Shown: in pieces, positions 38,131-46,883 of the stretch
How positions within the stretch are numbered: the stretch's first letter is position 1
Layout of the letters: each line of letters opens with the position of its first letter
Assembly: GCA_964409875.1 (NCBI GenBank)
Contig: CAYPEN010000001.1
Span: 1,313 to 65,312, forward strand
DNA length: 64,000 bases
Source of the DNA: an uncultured Gammaproteobacteria bacterium
GTDB taxonomy: Bacteria; Patescibacteriota; Microgenomatia; Levybacterales; GWA1-39-11
Direction of reading: 5' to 3'
Program-made: the position numbers and the translations under genes
The notes under the pieces: model-generated
Seen by the model: the letters and a program-made list of their open reading frames with translations, nothing else
Told to the model about the DNA's origin: nothing
The model's database searches: none

Positions 38131-38166
38131 CTTGTTGTTTTGGTCTCATTTTAGTACAATATAGCC

Positions 38167-38949
38167 TTGAATTATAAAAATATGTTTGGCAAAAAGAGCT
38201 CCGGCAAAACAGTTTGGGAAAAATTCCCCGAACTAAAAAATATACCTGAAGAGAAATTCCCAAAACATTTACTTCTCATTCCTGATGGAAACGGAAGGTG
38301 GGCAAAAATGTATCATAAGAATATCACCGAGGGGCACAAGGCGGGGGCCGAGGTCATCAAAAACATCTACAATGACCTTTGGCAGCTCCCTATAAAATTT
38401 ATAACGATTTGGGGTTTTTCGGCAGATAATTGGTCCCGGACAAAAGAAGAAGCAGATGGCATTATGCGCGTTATTGATGAAACGTTGAAGGTGCTCCTTC
38501 CCCAAGCGTTGGAGAGAAATGAACGGATAGTTCATATTGGGAGGAAAGACCGCATTCCTGCTTTTTTGAGGGAAGCATTTGAGAATGCTGAGAAATTGAC
38601 AGAAAAGAATACTGGTACTGTTTTGTCGCTGGCAGTTGATTATGCGGGGCAAGATCAGGAGGTACGGATGTTTAAGAAAATGATAGCGGATGGAGTGAAA
38701 AATATTACCAATGATTCAATTGTTAAATACCGTGATGGAGGAGGAATAGTTCCTCCTGCCGACCTTGTCATAAGAACTTCTGGTGAAAAAAGAACCTCTG
38801 ACTTAGGGTGGCTTTCAACAAATTCTGAACTTGCCTTTATTTCAAAGCTTCTCCCCAACACCGGTTCAAAGGATATAGTTGAGGCTATCATTGATTTTAC
38901 AAAAAGAGAGCGCCGCTTTGGAGGAAGGCCGGCCCCTGCTTCCGCTTGA
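38167..38949 (+). CDS. uppS: isoprenyl transferase (undecaprenyl diphosphate synthase)
   Basis: LLLIPDGNGRWA, ITIWGFSADNWSR and the C-terminal RERRFGG are UppS hallmarks. Confidence 0.85.
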   Translation: MNYKNMFGKKSSGKTVWEKFPELKNIPEEKFPKHLLLIPDGNGRWAKMYHKNITEGHKAGAEVIKNIYNDLWQLPIKFITIWGFSADNWSRTKEEADGIMRVIDETLKVLLPQALERNERIVHIGRKDRIPAFLREAFENAEKLTEKNTGTVLSLAVDYAGQDQEVRMFKKMIADGVKNITNDSIVKYRDGGGIVPPADLVIRTSGEKRTSDLGWLSTNSELAFISKLLPNTGSKDIVEAIIDFTKRERRFGGRPAPASA

Positions 38950-38982
38950 ATACGTACCAAATTTATCCTATAATATTCTTCT

Positions 38983-39696
38983 ATGAATCCTGAGTTTGGT
39001 TTTGAGGGTGTCCCACCGAAAGGGACAGATTGGAAAAAAATCATAAAGTCGGAATTTATCTCCCCGCTTGGGTTTGATTTTGAAATGCCAATTAACAGCG
39101 GCGGAATAACAGTTGCAACGACAGTTGAGGGTGAATCTTTGTATGGTTTAATGTCACACTTCGATGAGGATACAAAAATAAATATTGAGAGATTATGTGG
39201 CCAGAATGGCCAACGAAAAGAAGCATTCGGAAGTATTCTTCAAGAAATTCAGCCTTATGCTTGGGTAACTCCCGATTCAGTAACCTTTATAGTTTCACAA
39301 ACCCCTGTTCTTACCATATCTGAATCTAACGGGGTTGTCTTTGATACTCATACACTGACCGAAGACGGTTCCATTATAGGAAAAAATTTTGACGTTGGAA
39401 AAAGTAACCCAGCACGTCCTACTACAGGCTCACCGTATTACCGTTTTGAAGTAAAAACAGTTCAGGATGAACCCGTACTTGTAGAGAAAAATGTAGAATA
39501 TTGTGCCGAGCTTACTGCAGGAATTAAAATCCGGACACTTGATATTGAGCAAATATATAGAATAATTACAATGATGAGAAAGACGTCATGTATGACATCT
39601 GATAATATGCAAAAAATTGTTAATCCATATTTTAGTATTGATTTAATGCCTTATCGCGAGGTACTGAATGAAAAAACAAGAATGGAGGGATATTAA
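38983..39696 (+). CDS. hypothetical protein
   Basis: 237-aa ORF. No motif. Confidence 0.45.
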   Translation: MNPEFGFEGVPPKGTDWKKIIKSEFISPLGFDFEMPINSGGITVATTVEGESLYGLMSHFDEDTKINIERLCGQNGQRKEAFGSILQEIQPYAWVTPDSVTFIVSQTPVLTISESNGVVFDTHTLTEDGSIIGKNFDVGKSNPARPTTGSPYYRFEVKTVQDEPVLVEKNVEYCAELTAGIKIRTLDIEQIYRIITMMRKTSCMTSDNMQKIVNPYFSIDLMPYREVLNEKTRMEGY

Positions 39697-39699
39697 TGT

Positions 39700-40542
39700 A
39701 TGAAATCAGGAACGGTAGCCCTTGTGGGACGGCCTAATGCAGGCAAATCTACGCTTCTCAATGCCCTTTTGGGAACTAAAGTATCTATTACTTCCCCAAA
39801 GCCGCAGACGACGCAATTTTCAGTAGAAGCTATTTATGATGATCCTAAAAGAGGGCAAATAATTTTTGTCGATACGCCGGGAATATTTGCTAAGACTGAT
39901 AATCCGAAGGCTCATGATATCAATTTTTCAGCAGAACACGCTCTGAAAGAAGGTGTAAATGTCGTGGTGTATGTGGTAGATAAAACACGTGAGCGGGGAA
40001 TAGAAGAAAATAAAGTTTTGGGAATAATAAGAAAGGTCGATATTCCAAAAATTCTCGTTATTAACAAGGTAGATAAAAGAAAACCTGATTTTATTGAGCA
40101 GTATATGTTTTTGAAAGACGAATTTGATGCTTATATTGAGCTGTCAGCTCGCACTCATACCAATTTGAATGTTCTGGTAGACACGATATTTGCATTCTTA
40201 CCCGAAGGAGAAAGCTTGGTCGAAACGAAAGAGCTCCCTACCCCAATTCTTAATATGGATTCAAAACTTTTCTTGGAAGAGATGATAAGGGAGAAGGCAT
40301 TTTTGAGACTTCGCCGTGAGGTACCTTATTCGATACGGGTAGTTGTTGACAGCATCACCGAAAAACCACATAAAAATATGTCGGTTATAAAGGCCCGGAT
40401 TGTATGCCCCCTTCGCTACAAAAAAATGATTATTGGAGCAGGTGGCTCAAAGATAAAAGAAATCGGTATGATGACAAGAAGGGAACTGGAGCTTGCCACC
40501 AATCGTAAAATTTTTCTCGAGCTAACTGTTGAGGAAGAATAG
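39700..40542 (+). CDS. era: GTPase Era
   Basis: G1 motif GRPNAGKST, G3 motif DTPG, NKVD. C-terminal KH-like region (VPYSIRVVVD). 280 aa. Confidence 0.85.
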   Translation: MKSGTVALVGRPNAGKSTLLNALLGTKVSITSPKPQTTQFSVEAIYDDPKRGQIIFVDTPGIFAKTDNPKAHDINFSAEHALKEGVNVVVYVVDKTRERGIEENKVLGIIRKVDIPKILVINKVDKRKPDFIEQYMFLKDEFDAYIELSARTHTNLNVLVDTIFAFLPEGESLVETKELPTPILNMDSKLFLEEMIREKAFLRLRREVPYSIRVVVDSITEKPHKNMSVIKARIVCPLRYKKMIIGAGGSKIKEIGMMTRRELELATNRKIFLELTVEEE

Positions 40543-40544
40543 CT

Positions 40545-41345
40545 TCATTTTGCCGTTGCGATAACAACAGTTTTGGAAGTGCCTACATAGCTGAAAATGT
40601 AAGGTGATTGCCCTTCGTTCTTGAATTGTAGTTCTCGATAGTAAGTATCCCCTCCAAGCATATGGTGCATGAAGTAAGAACCAAGATTTGTGGCAATAGA
40701 TCCAGCGCTTGCCTGCCCAACATATGACATTTGAACTTTCGATACGTCTACATTTAAAGAATTCTTGCCGTAATTAACAACTTCAATATTCACTTTTATA
40801 TCTCTTGATGTTTTTTCAACAGATATCAGCCGCATTTTTAAATCCGTATCAACGATAACGAGTGTGCTTGGGCTGACGGTTAAAAATGGGGTGAGAGTCG
40901 GAGTTGCCCTTTGGGTGGGGGGAACCAATCTTACTTCATGAACCTCAGGCTCCGTTGTGGCAGAAAATTTTAGACAATCGTACCCTTTCGCGTGATTATT
41001 TTTAGTCACTACATATCGGTTTGAGGGATCATCGGTGCTGTCGGATGAGAACGTAGTACACAGCTTGTACGAAGTATCACTTATTATTTCATAATCAAAC
41101 GTTTTTTTTGTTTTAATGTCGGTCTTTATTGTTTCTGGGAAAGAATTCAAATTATCCGGCAGTTTCTTATTCTTTTCATAATAAGACTGAATCTTAAGGC
41201 TTAATGATGTCATAGATCCAACCCGCAGTTGGTCATATATCTGCCCTTGTTTTGAGGTTGGTGTCCCGACCAACTTGAAACCAAGACCGATGAGTACCAT
41301 GCAAAATAACCCAAGAAATATAATAAATGCATAATATTTACTCAT
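40545..41345 (-). CDS. hypothetical membrane-anchored/secreted protein
   Basis: 266 aa with an N-terminal TM helix. It overlaps the upstream gene by 4 nt, which suggests an operon. Confidence 0.5.
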   Translation of the reverse strand: MSKYYAFIIFLGLFCMVLIGLGFKLVGTPTSKQGQIYDQLRVGSMTSLSLKIQSYYEKNKKLPDNLNSFPETIKTDIKTKKTFDYEIISDTSYKLCTTFSSDSTDDPSNRYVVTKNNHAKGYDCLKFSATTEPEVHEVRLVPPTQRATPTLTPFLTVSPSTLVIVDTDLKMRLISVEKTSRDIKVNIEVVNYGKNSLNVDVSKVQMSYVGQASAGSIATNLGSYFMHHMLGGDTYYRELQFKNEGQSPYIFSYVGTSKTVVIATAK

Positions 41346-42007
41346 GGTAATTTTTTTATAATTTGGTCATGTCGTACTTCGTTCAAAAAATAAGAAAATA
41401 TTGAGCCCGACACACTTACGGTTACAAAAAAATGAAGGACAGAATTAAACAAAATAAAACCATTGAGTATTTGAAAAACTAAGAAAATCAGATGACATAG
41501 GGTGATTATAAAAGTAATGATGAGCGTGAAATAAATAAAAACCTTCCTTAATTCAAGTTTGACAATTTCCGGAACTTCCATTTTCCTTTTGTTGATGGAG
41601 ATAAAAAAGTATGAAAAAAATGGGTACGAAACAATCAACGAGGCAGATAAGCCTGAAATCAGCGCCCGATTTGCTGTTTCTTGAACATTTCCATACAAAC
41701 CTATTAAGGGCATACCCAAATGCCAATAATCAATGTAATAATTAAGAAATATTGTTATGGTAGTAGCCATTATATAAAGGCTAATAAACATTAATATGTG
41801 CTGGAACGAATCCCACATGCCCAACTCTGAGGATACTTCGGTTGAAGGTTTTGGGGGAATGATACCATTCAGGGAATTGGAAGAATGAAGGTAGGGTTGA
41901 ATTTGATCCAGTCTCCATCCTTGTTCAAGGAGAGTTTTGACAATTTCTTCATCAGTGGCATTGCTGGCACGGGCCCGTCCAACAAATTCTTTAATTTTAT
42001 TCTCCAT
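41342..42007 (-). CDS. hypothetical polytopic membrane protein
   Basis: 221 aa. Several hydrophobic helices after a soluble N-domain. Confidence 0.5.
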   Translation of the reverse strand: MENKIKEFVGRARASNATDEEIVKTLLEQGWRLDQIQPYLHSSNSLNGIIPPKPSTEVSSELGMWDSFQHILMFISLYIMATTITIFLNYYIDYWHLGMPLIGLYGNVQETANRALISGLSASLIVSYPFFSYFFISINKRKMEVPEIVKLELRKVFIYFTLIITFIITLCHLIFLVFQILNGFILFNSVLHFFVTVSVSGSIFSYFLNEVRHDQIIKKLP

Positions 42008-42039
42008 AGCCTAAGCATAGCTAGAGAGAATTCAGACTG

Positions 42040-42204
42040 TCAATACGTAATTAGAATACGTGCATCAACCTTAGCACTAAGAGTACTACCAATATTAATA
42101 CAATTGCGCCTCCGGCGGTTCTTGGAATAGGTATGAGTGCCCAAAAAAGATTTACCAAGAATAAAAAAATTAATACTCCGAAAATGAGTTCTAAAATGCC
42201 CATA
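42040..42204 (-). CDS. small hydrophobic membrane protein (54 aa)
   Basis: Not in the ORF track because it is short. MGILELIFGVLIFLFLVNLFWALIPIPRTAGGAIVLILVVLLVLRLMHRILITY. A strong Shine-Dalgarno AAGGAGGTG lies 6 nt upstream of the ATG on the minus strand. Confidence 0.5.
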   Translation of the reverse strand, partial: YGHFRTHFRSINFFILGKSFLGTHTYSKNRRRRNCINIGSTLSAKVDARILITY

Positions 42205-42329
42205 TACCACCTCCTTTCACCTTATTAAGCGTATGAATTGGTGGTTATAAAACAATATGAAGCGGGTAAGAAACGGGAAAGAGGAGGAAAGGTATTGACA
42301 AACAATTGTTGATACTATAATCTTGTCGC

Positions 42330-43079
42330 ATGGCAACAACAAAAACTGCAAAGAAGACTCTTGTCAAATCTTCAAAAGTAACTACAAAAAAAGCACCTGC
42401 AAAAGTTTTCCGCGCAAGAACTTCCGTTTCGTCAATGAAAGTTGCACCACAAAAGAAAAGTGCAACCGTTACAGACCTTCGCAATAAAGTATTAGACCCA
42501 AAAAATAGACGCTCACTCATTCTGGCAATTGTTGTTATTGTGTTGGCGCTTGTTGTGTTTTTCGGGAAAAGCCTTGTTGTTGCTGCAACCGTTAATGGAC
42601 AACCGATTTCACGGTTGGCAATAATTAAGGATTTGGAAACTCAAAGCGGTAAAGCGACGCTTGATTCAGTAATCACACGCACATTAGTGTATCAGGAGGC
42701 AAGCAAGAAAAATATATCGGTTACTGAGAAAGATATAGACAATGAAGTATCAAAAATCCAAAAACAATTCCAAGCACAAGGTCAGAACCTTGATGCATTG
42801 TTGGCAACACAGGGTCTAACAAAAGAAAGATTTCGGGATGAGGTAAAAGTTCAATTGTTGGTCACAAAAATTTTGGGAGACCAGGCAAAAGTAACCGATA
42901 AGGAATTTAACGATTTTCTTGAGAAAAATAAAGACCTCGTTGCCAACGAAAAAGACCAAGAAGCAGCAAAGAAAAGTCTTCGACAACAAATGGAACAACA
43001 AAAATTGGCCCAAAAATATCAAGAATGGATAGCAAACGTTAAGAAAAACGCTAAAATCAACTACTTCGTCAATTATTAG
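42330..43079 (+). CDS. SurA N-terminal-domain-like periplasmic chaperone-like protein (no PPIase domain)
   Basis: 249 aa. TM helix, then ATVNGQPISRLAIIKDLETQSGKATLDSVITRTLVYQEASKKNISVTEKDIDNEVSKIQKQF, a SurA_N-like pattern (NG..I........Q........L..LI...L..QEA.K..I.V). Confidence 0.55.
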   Translation: MATTKTAKKTLVKSSKVTTKKAPAKVFRARTSVSSMKVAPQKKSATVTDLRNKVLDPKNRRSLILAIVVIVLALVVFFGKSLVVAATVNGQPISRLAIIKDLETQSGKATLDSVITRTLVYQEASKKNISVTEKDIDNEVSKIQKQFQAQGQNLDALLATQGLTKERFRDEVKVQLLVTKILGDQAKVTDKEFNDFLEKNKDLVANEKDQEAAKKSLRQQMEQQKLAQKYQEWIANVKKNAKINYFVNY

Positions 43080-43082
43080 ATT

Positions 43083-43110
43083 GACGAAGCAAGCTCCGCT
43101 TACTTTGTGA
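43083..43110. repeat. 25-nt repeat acgaagcaagctccgcttactttgt with an internal hairpin (copy 1)
   Basis: First of three copies. The other two are tandem at 43283-43335. AAGCAAGC-TCC-GCTTACTT is a near-palindrome. Confidence 0.5.
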
Positions 43111-43162
43111 ACTATTGAAACGAACGAATGTGAGTGGAAAAAGCTTCTATACCTCTGTTCAG

Positions 43163-43183
43163 GAAGTTTTTCCAAAACTTCCG
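43163..43183. terminator. stem-loop GGAAGTTTT-TCC-AAAACTTCC after the 42330..43079 gene
   Basis: Perfect 9-bp stem. The stem sequence is the same as the hairpins at 21562 and 63470. Confidence 0.4.
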
Positions 43184-43282
43184 CATTCCATATTTTCAAG
43201 CTTACTAGATTAACAAAGCAAGGCAGAAATCCTCAGTTTCTACATCTTTCAAATAATTAAAATTCTGACTTACTTTGTCATT

Positions 43283-43335
43283 CACGAAGCAAGCTCCGCT
43301 TACTTTGTCATTCACGAAGCAAGCTCCGCTTACTT
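43283..43335. repeat. two tandem copies of the 25-nt repeat tcacgaagcaagctccgcttactttgt
   Basis: Read directly from the sequence. Confidence 0.6.
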
Positions 43336-43405
43336 TGTTGTTTGATAATCTATTCACAAAGCAAGACTGAACACCTTCTTTAAATTTACCACCTTGTATC
43401 AACTG

Positions 43406-44053
43406 TCAAAATGTAATGATATGTACCCTTGCGTTCTCGAGGTTAGTGCGCGCCTGAAGCTGGGTTTTCATCTGGACAATGTAGAGCTTGCTCCCTTTAT
43501 CAAGCTTTATCGCTTCAGAAATGAGTAGCTTTGGTGTTCCTCCGTCAATTCTTACCTCCGAATTCCAAACCGGATGTTTGTCTGTGATATTGTAGAGCCG
43601 TGCGTAGGCCGTTTGGTTAGCTGTAGGAGTATAAAGAGATACTTCAAAAGTTACTGTTTTTATTGATGGATAGGAAGTGGTGTCAATGTATGCCTGTGCT
43701 CCGGGTACGTCTTCCCAATCGGAAGACGTACTGCTCCCCGAGCCGAGCGGTATGAAAAATTCCTTAATAGAGGAAGTAGTGTTGCTATTGGTAGCGGGGT
43801 TTTGATTAAGCTTTGCATCGGCAACAGCTTTTGCAATTTCCTCTTTGCAGGCTTTGGAGCATGTGTCATTTGTGATAGTAGGGGTTTTTGAGGGAATAGT
43901 TGTAGTAGTAAGCGATTTTTCTTTCGTGTGTGAGTTATTCCAGAATAAAGCTACATCAATAATAAATAGGTTGCCAAGAATTATTATTAAGAAAAGGAAC
44001 AGTAGAGACCAGGGAGAAAAAAATATCAGTCTGTGATTTAATTCTTCGTCCAT
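43406..44053 (-). CDS. hypothetical secreted/membrane-anchored protein
   Basis: Start at MDEELNHRL (44053) preferred over 44101, which runs into the upstream hairpin. TM helix LLFLFLIIILGNLFIIDVALF. Confidence 0.5.
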   Translation of the reverse strand: MDEELNHRLIFFSPWSLLFLFLIIILGNLFIIDVALFWNNSHTKEKSLTTTTIPSKTPTITNDTCSKACKEEIAKAVADAKLNQNPATNSNTTSSIKEFFIPLGSGSSTSSDWEDVPGAQAYIDTTSYPSIKTVTFEVSLYTPTANQTAYARLYNITDKHPVWNSEVRIDGGTPKLLISEAIKLDKGSKLYIVQMKTQLQARTNLENARVHIITF

Positions 44054-44148
44054 ATTTTTATTGTAGCAAATACGAAAAGGCACCCTTTTTCGCACGGCCA
44101 CTGTGGGCTTGTGCCCCCCCGCTAAGCGGGGGGAAGGGTGCCTTGAAC

Positions 44149-44409
44149 TTAGGTTATCGTGTCGTTTGAGTCGCCTCCTTTCGTATCCCGCGATGCGAGA
44201 AGCACCGTTTCCGGAACGCTGCTTCTCCCAGAAGCACGTCCTGTGTCATTGTATGGAGCATGGGCGAGGTATTGTCGCGCCATGTCTTGGGTGTACTTGC
44301 GGTCCCGCTCCTTCTTGCGCTTCTCCCTCCAAAGCGGGAGGAAGGCAAAGAGCATGATAAGGGTGAGGACCACAACGCTGAAGGCAGCTCTACCTAGGAC
44401 ACCTTCCAT
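44149..44409 (-). CDS. island-1 small membrane protein (about 86 aa)
   Basis: Start MEGVLGRAAFSVVVLTLIMLFAFLPLWREKRKK, with GGAGGAAAAGAGG immediately upstream of the ATG. One TM helix. The longer 171-aa form of the ORF track has an R/S-rich, implausible N-terminus. Confidence 0.45.
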   Translation of the reverse strand: MEGVLGRAAFSVVVLTLIMLFAFLPLWREKRKKERDRKYTQDMARQYLAHAPYNDTGRASGRSSVPETVLLASRDTKGGDSNDTIT

Positions 44410-44458
44410 CCTCTTTTCCTCCGTAGGGAAGATCTTGTACGGCTGGTGCCGTATGGGT

Positions 44459-44737
44459 TTACCCAGCCGGACTGGGAACCAGTGAGGACTCGGATGGGTC
44501 CAACGGCGAGATGTCGACGTGCAGATGACGCACATCTTCGAAGTTGAGCGCGATGACCTTTTCGAGGGCAACGCGATCTTCTTTGCTCCGGGCTGACCCG
44601 GCGTTGAAGCGGATGCTTGCGCGCAGGTTGGCCTCAAGCGACGGGTCGCTTGTAGGGATGTCACATTGGACGCGGATGGTCCCCCAGGAGAGCCTGATGT
44701 TTTCGTCGATGTGGATGAGGTCGTTGCTGCTGCTCAT
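44459..44737 (-). CDS. island-1 hypothetical protein (about 92 aa)
   Basis: Start MSSSNDLIHIDENIRLSWGT. Its ATG overlaps the stop of the upstream gene (ATGA-type coupling). No motif. Confidence 0.4.
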   Translation of the reverse strand: MSSSNDLIHIDENIRLSWGTIRVQCDIPTSDPSLEANLRASIRFNAGSARSKEDRVALEKVIALNFEDVRHLHVDISPLDPSESSLVPSPAG

Positions 44738-45201
44738 GCGAGGCCACCTGCGTGTGCAAGCCGGAAATCCTCGCTCCAATCTGTAGCCACGGGATGTACT
44801 CTCCGTGCCTCTTCTTGGCCGCGGGCGTGTGCTCTGGCCATCCGTCGCCGGAGAGCCTCCGTTAGAGTGTCGCTGTTGTTGAGCAGCTCGCGAAACGCAG
44901 CAATAGCGTCCGGCGTTTTGAAGACGACCGAAAGGCCATCCTCATACAGGTCGGTGAGCTTGTGGGCATTGCGCTTCATAAGCGCCACCCGGACTCCAGA
45001 CGCGACCCGGCCGGTCGCCTCGATGTGTTCCCGTCCGAGCTGGAATACGAATCCGCCGGCGAGGGCAAAATGGGTTGTGTCCCGGATCCAGAGCCGTTCA
45101 GGCTCGAAGCCGCTCTTTCTGAGAAGCGACCCGAACCATTCTGCGGTGGAAGCCTCTTTGTGCTCCCGGTCTTTCCAAAGTGACATTGACTGCTCCGCCA
45201 T
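44734..45201 (-). CDS. island-1 hypothetical protein (about 155 aa), possible C-terminal Rx4H (HEPN-like) motif
   Basis: Start MAEQSMSLWKDREHKE at 45201. The upstream part of the 214-aa ORF lies in AT-rich sequence and reads as low-complexity FFVFYKFF. C-terminus ALRRRMARAHARGQEEARR contains R-x4-H. Confidence 0.4.
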   Translation of the reverse strand: MAEQSMSLWKDREHKEASTAEWFGSLLRKSGFEPERLWIRDTTHFALAGGFVFQLGREHIEATGRVASGVRVALMKRNAHKLTDLYEDGLSVVFKTPDAIAAFRELLNNSDTLTEALRRRMARAHARGQEEARRVHPVATDWSEDFRLAHAGGLA

Positions 45202-45524
45202 ATTATTTTTCAAACTGATGTCTTGTTCAGCTTGAAGATGGCTTTTCGGCTGCAGTCTCTCAACAACCAAAAAGCCACCTTCAAAAATCCCAGCAAAATA
45301 AGGGAAATTTCCGAACAAGTGATAACCTAAATTTTCAAAGAACTTGTAAAAGACAAAAAATGGCACGCAAAAAGCCAAATGTTTTTTACAAAAACCAGTT
45401 ATTATACACGCTTAAAGCGGAAATGTTCAAGTAACATGTGAGTTGACAAAGAGTCTCATTTTTTTGGCTGTCTGTGATTGTTATACTTGACTGACTTTGC
45501 CATTCTCCTGTACTCTTAAAAAGT

Positions 45525-46883
45525 ATGATTTTTCAGAGTGTTTCAGAATTGGACCAGAACCTTGCAGATGTGGTACGCATGAATGACGAGGATATCTCGA
45601 TTAAGGACGAAGGAAAACTTCAGGAATTTGGTATCGATTACCTTATTTATTCAGCAGTGTTGTCCGATGACTCACAGGTTAGGCATTTATCCCGCGTCTA
45701 TATCAGAAAATTAGCCCGCAACCTTGGGATTTTTCCTGCTTCTATTTTTCCTCTGTACCAAGCGTATGGGGAGAAGAAAGTGAATGGGTTTACGGTTCCC
45801 GCAATGAATACACGGGCTTTGACGTATGATTTTGCCCGGGAAGTATTTAAGAAAGCAATTGTTCATGAAGCGCAAGCTTTTATTTTTGAGATATCCAGAA
45901 GCGAGATGGTATATACAAAACAGAATCAGGACGAGGTTGCTGTGTGTGTTTTGGCTGCTGCAATAAAAGAAGGATACCGGGGGCCTGTTTTTCTACAAGG
46001 AGACCATTACCAGTTCAATACCGGAAAGTTCAAGGAATATCCCCAGGGTCAAATAGACGAAATAGAACTTTCCATCAAAGACGCGTTGTCTGCAGGATTT
46101 TACAATATTGACATCGATGCATCGACATTAGTTGACCTTTCGCTTCCTACAAAAGACGAGCAACAAAAAGACAATTTTGAGATGACTGCACTCTTGACCA
46201 AATTCATCCGCAGTATGCAACCTGCAGGAGTGACCGTTGCTATAGGGGGCGAAATTGGACACATTGGGGAGAAGAATTCGGACGTTGGAGATTTTGAGGC
46301 GTTCATGAGCGGATATTTAGATAGGCTTGCAAATGAAAATCTCAATATTATTTCAAAAGTAAGTGTTCAGACGGGAACAAGCCATGGTGGAGTTCCTAAT
46401 CCAGACGGAACCCTAAAAGAAGTCAATGTGGATTTTGAAGTTCTAAAAAGTATCGGGGAAGTAGCAAGGGACAAATATGGCCTTGCGGGTCCGGTACAAC
46501 ACGGCGCGTCTACATTGCCAAATGAACTCTTTGATAAATTTCCCGAAGCGGGAACTGTTGAAATCCATTTGGCTACCGGGTTTTTAAGTATTATTTTCGA
46601 TACGATGCCTGATGCTTTACGGCAAAAAATGTATGAATATGTGACAACTACTCTTCAAAATGAACGCGAGGAGGGGTGGACTGACGAACAATTCCTATAT
46701 AAATTGAGGAAAAAAGCTGTTGGACCTTTCAAAAAAGATATGTGGCTTATGACCGAGGAGGAGAAAAATGTCATCCGTCAAAAGCTTTCTGACCAACTTG
46801 AAATATTATTCCAAAAATTAAATATTGTAGGAACCTCGCACACAGTGCATCAATATATCACAGAATCCTCCCTTCTGATATGA
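45525..46883 (+). CDS. fba: class II fructose-bisphosphate aldolase family protein
   Basis: VQTGTSHGGVP matches the class II aldolase signature IGTSHGAYK. Other conserved-looking blocks: FTVPAMNT near the N-terminus, QGDHYQF, VQHGAS. Confidence 0.7.
   Translation: MIFQSVSELDQNLADVVRMNDEDISIKDEGKLQEFGIDYLIYSAVLSDDSQVRHLSRVYIRKLARNLGIFPASIFPLYQAYGEKKVNGFTVPAMNTRALTYDFAREVFKKAIVHEAQAFIFEISRSEMVYTKQNQDEVAVCVLAAAIKEGYRGPVFLQGDHYQFNTGKFKEYPQGQIDEIELSIKDALSAGFYNIDIDASTLVDLSLPTKDEQQKDNFEMTALLTKFIRSMQPAGVTVAIGGEIGHIGEKNSDVGDFEAFMSGYLDRLANENLNIISKVSVQTGTSHGGVPNPDGTLKEVNVDFEVLKSIGEVARDKYGLAGPVQHGASTLPNELFDKFPEAGTVEIHLATGFLSIIFDTMPDALRQKMYEYVTTTLQNEREEGWTDEQFLYKLRKKAVGPFKKDMWLMTEEEKNVIRQKLSDQLEILFQKLNIVGTSHTVHQYITESSLLI

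Larger units (their letters stand above)
44090..45235. other. GC-rich island 1 (about 58-60% GC against about 39% background)
   Basis: Abrupt composition shift visible by eye, with runs of gcg/ccg/ggc codons. Left boundary is a G/C-tract hairpin GCCCCCCCGC-TAA-GCGGGGGG (44118-44138). Contains three minus-strand ORFs. Confidence 0.6.

Noticed and set aside
44103-45235. Plus-strand ORFs in island 1 (44103..44357, 44159..44485, 44544..44786, 44666..45235, 44962..45183)
   Set aside because: Extremely R/S/A/P-rich translations are typical of wrong-frame reading of GC-rich DNA. The minus-strand ORFs have Shine-Dalgarno sequences, coupling and sensible composition.
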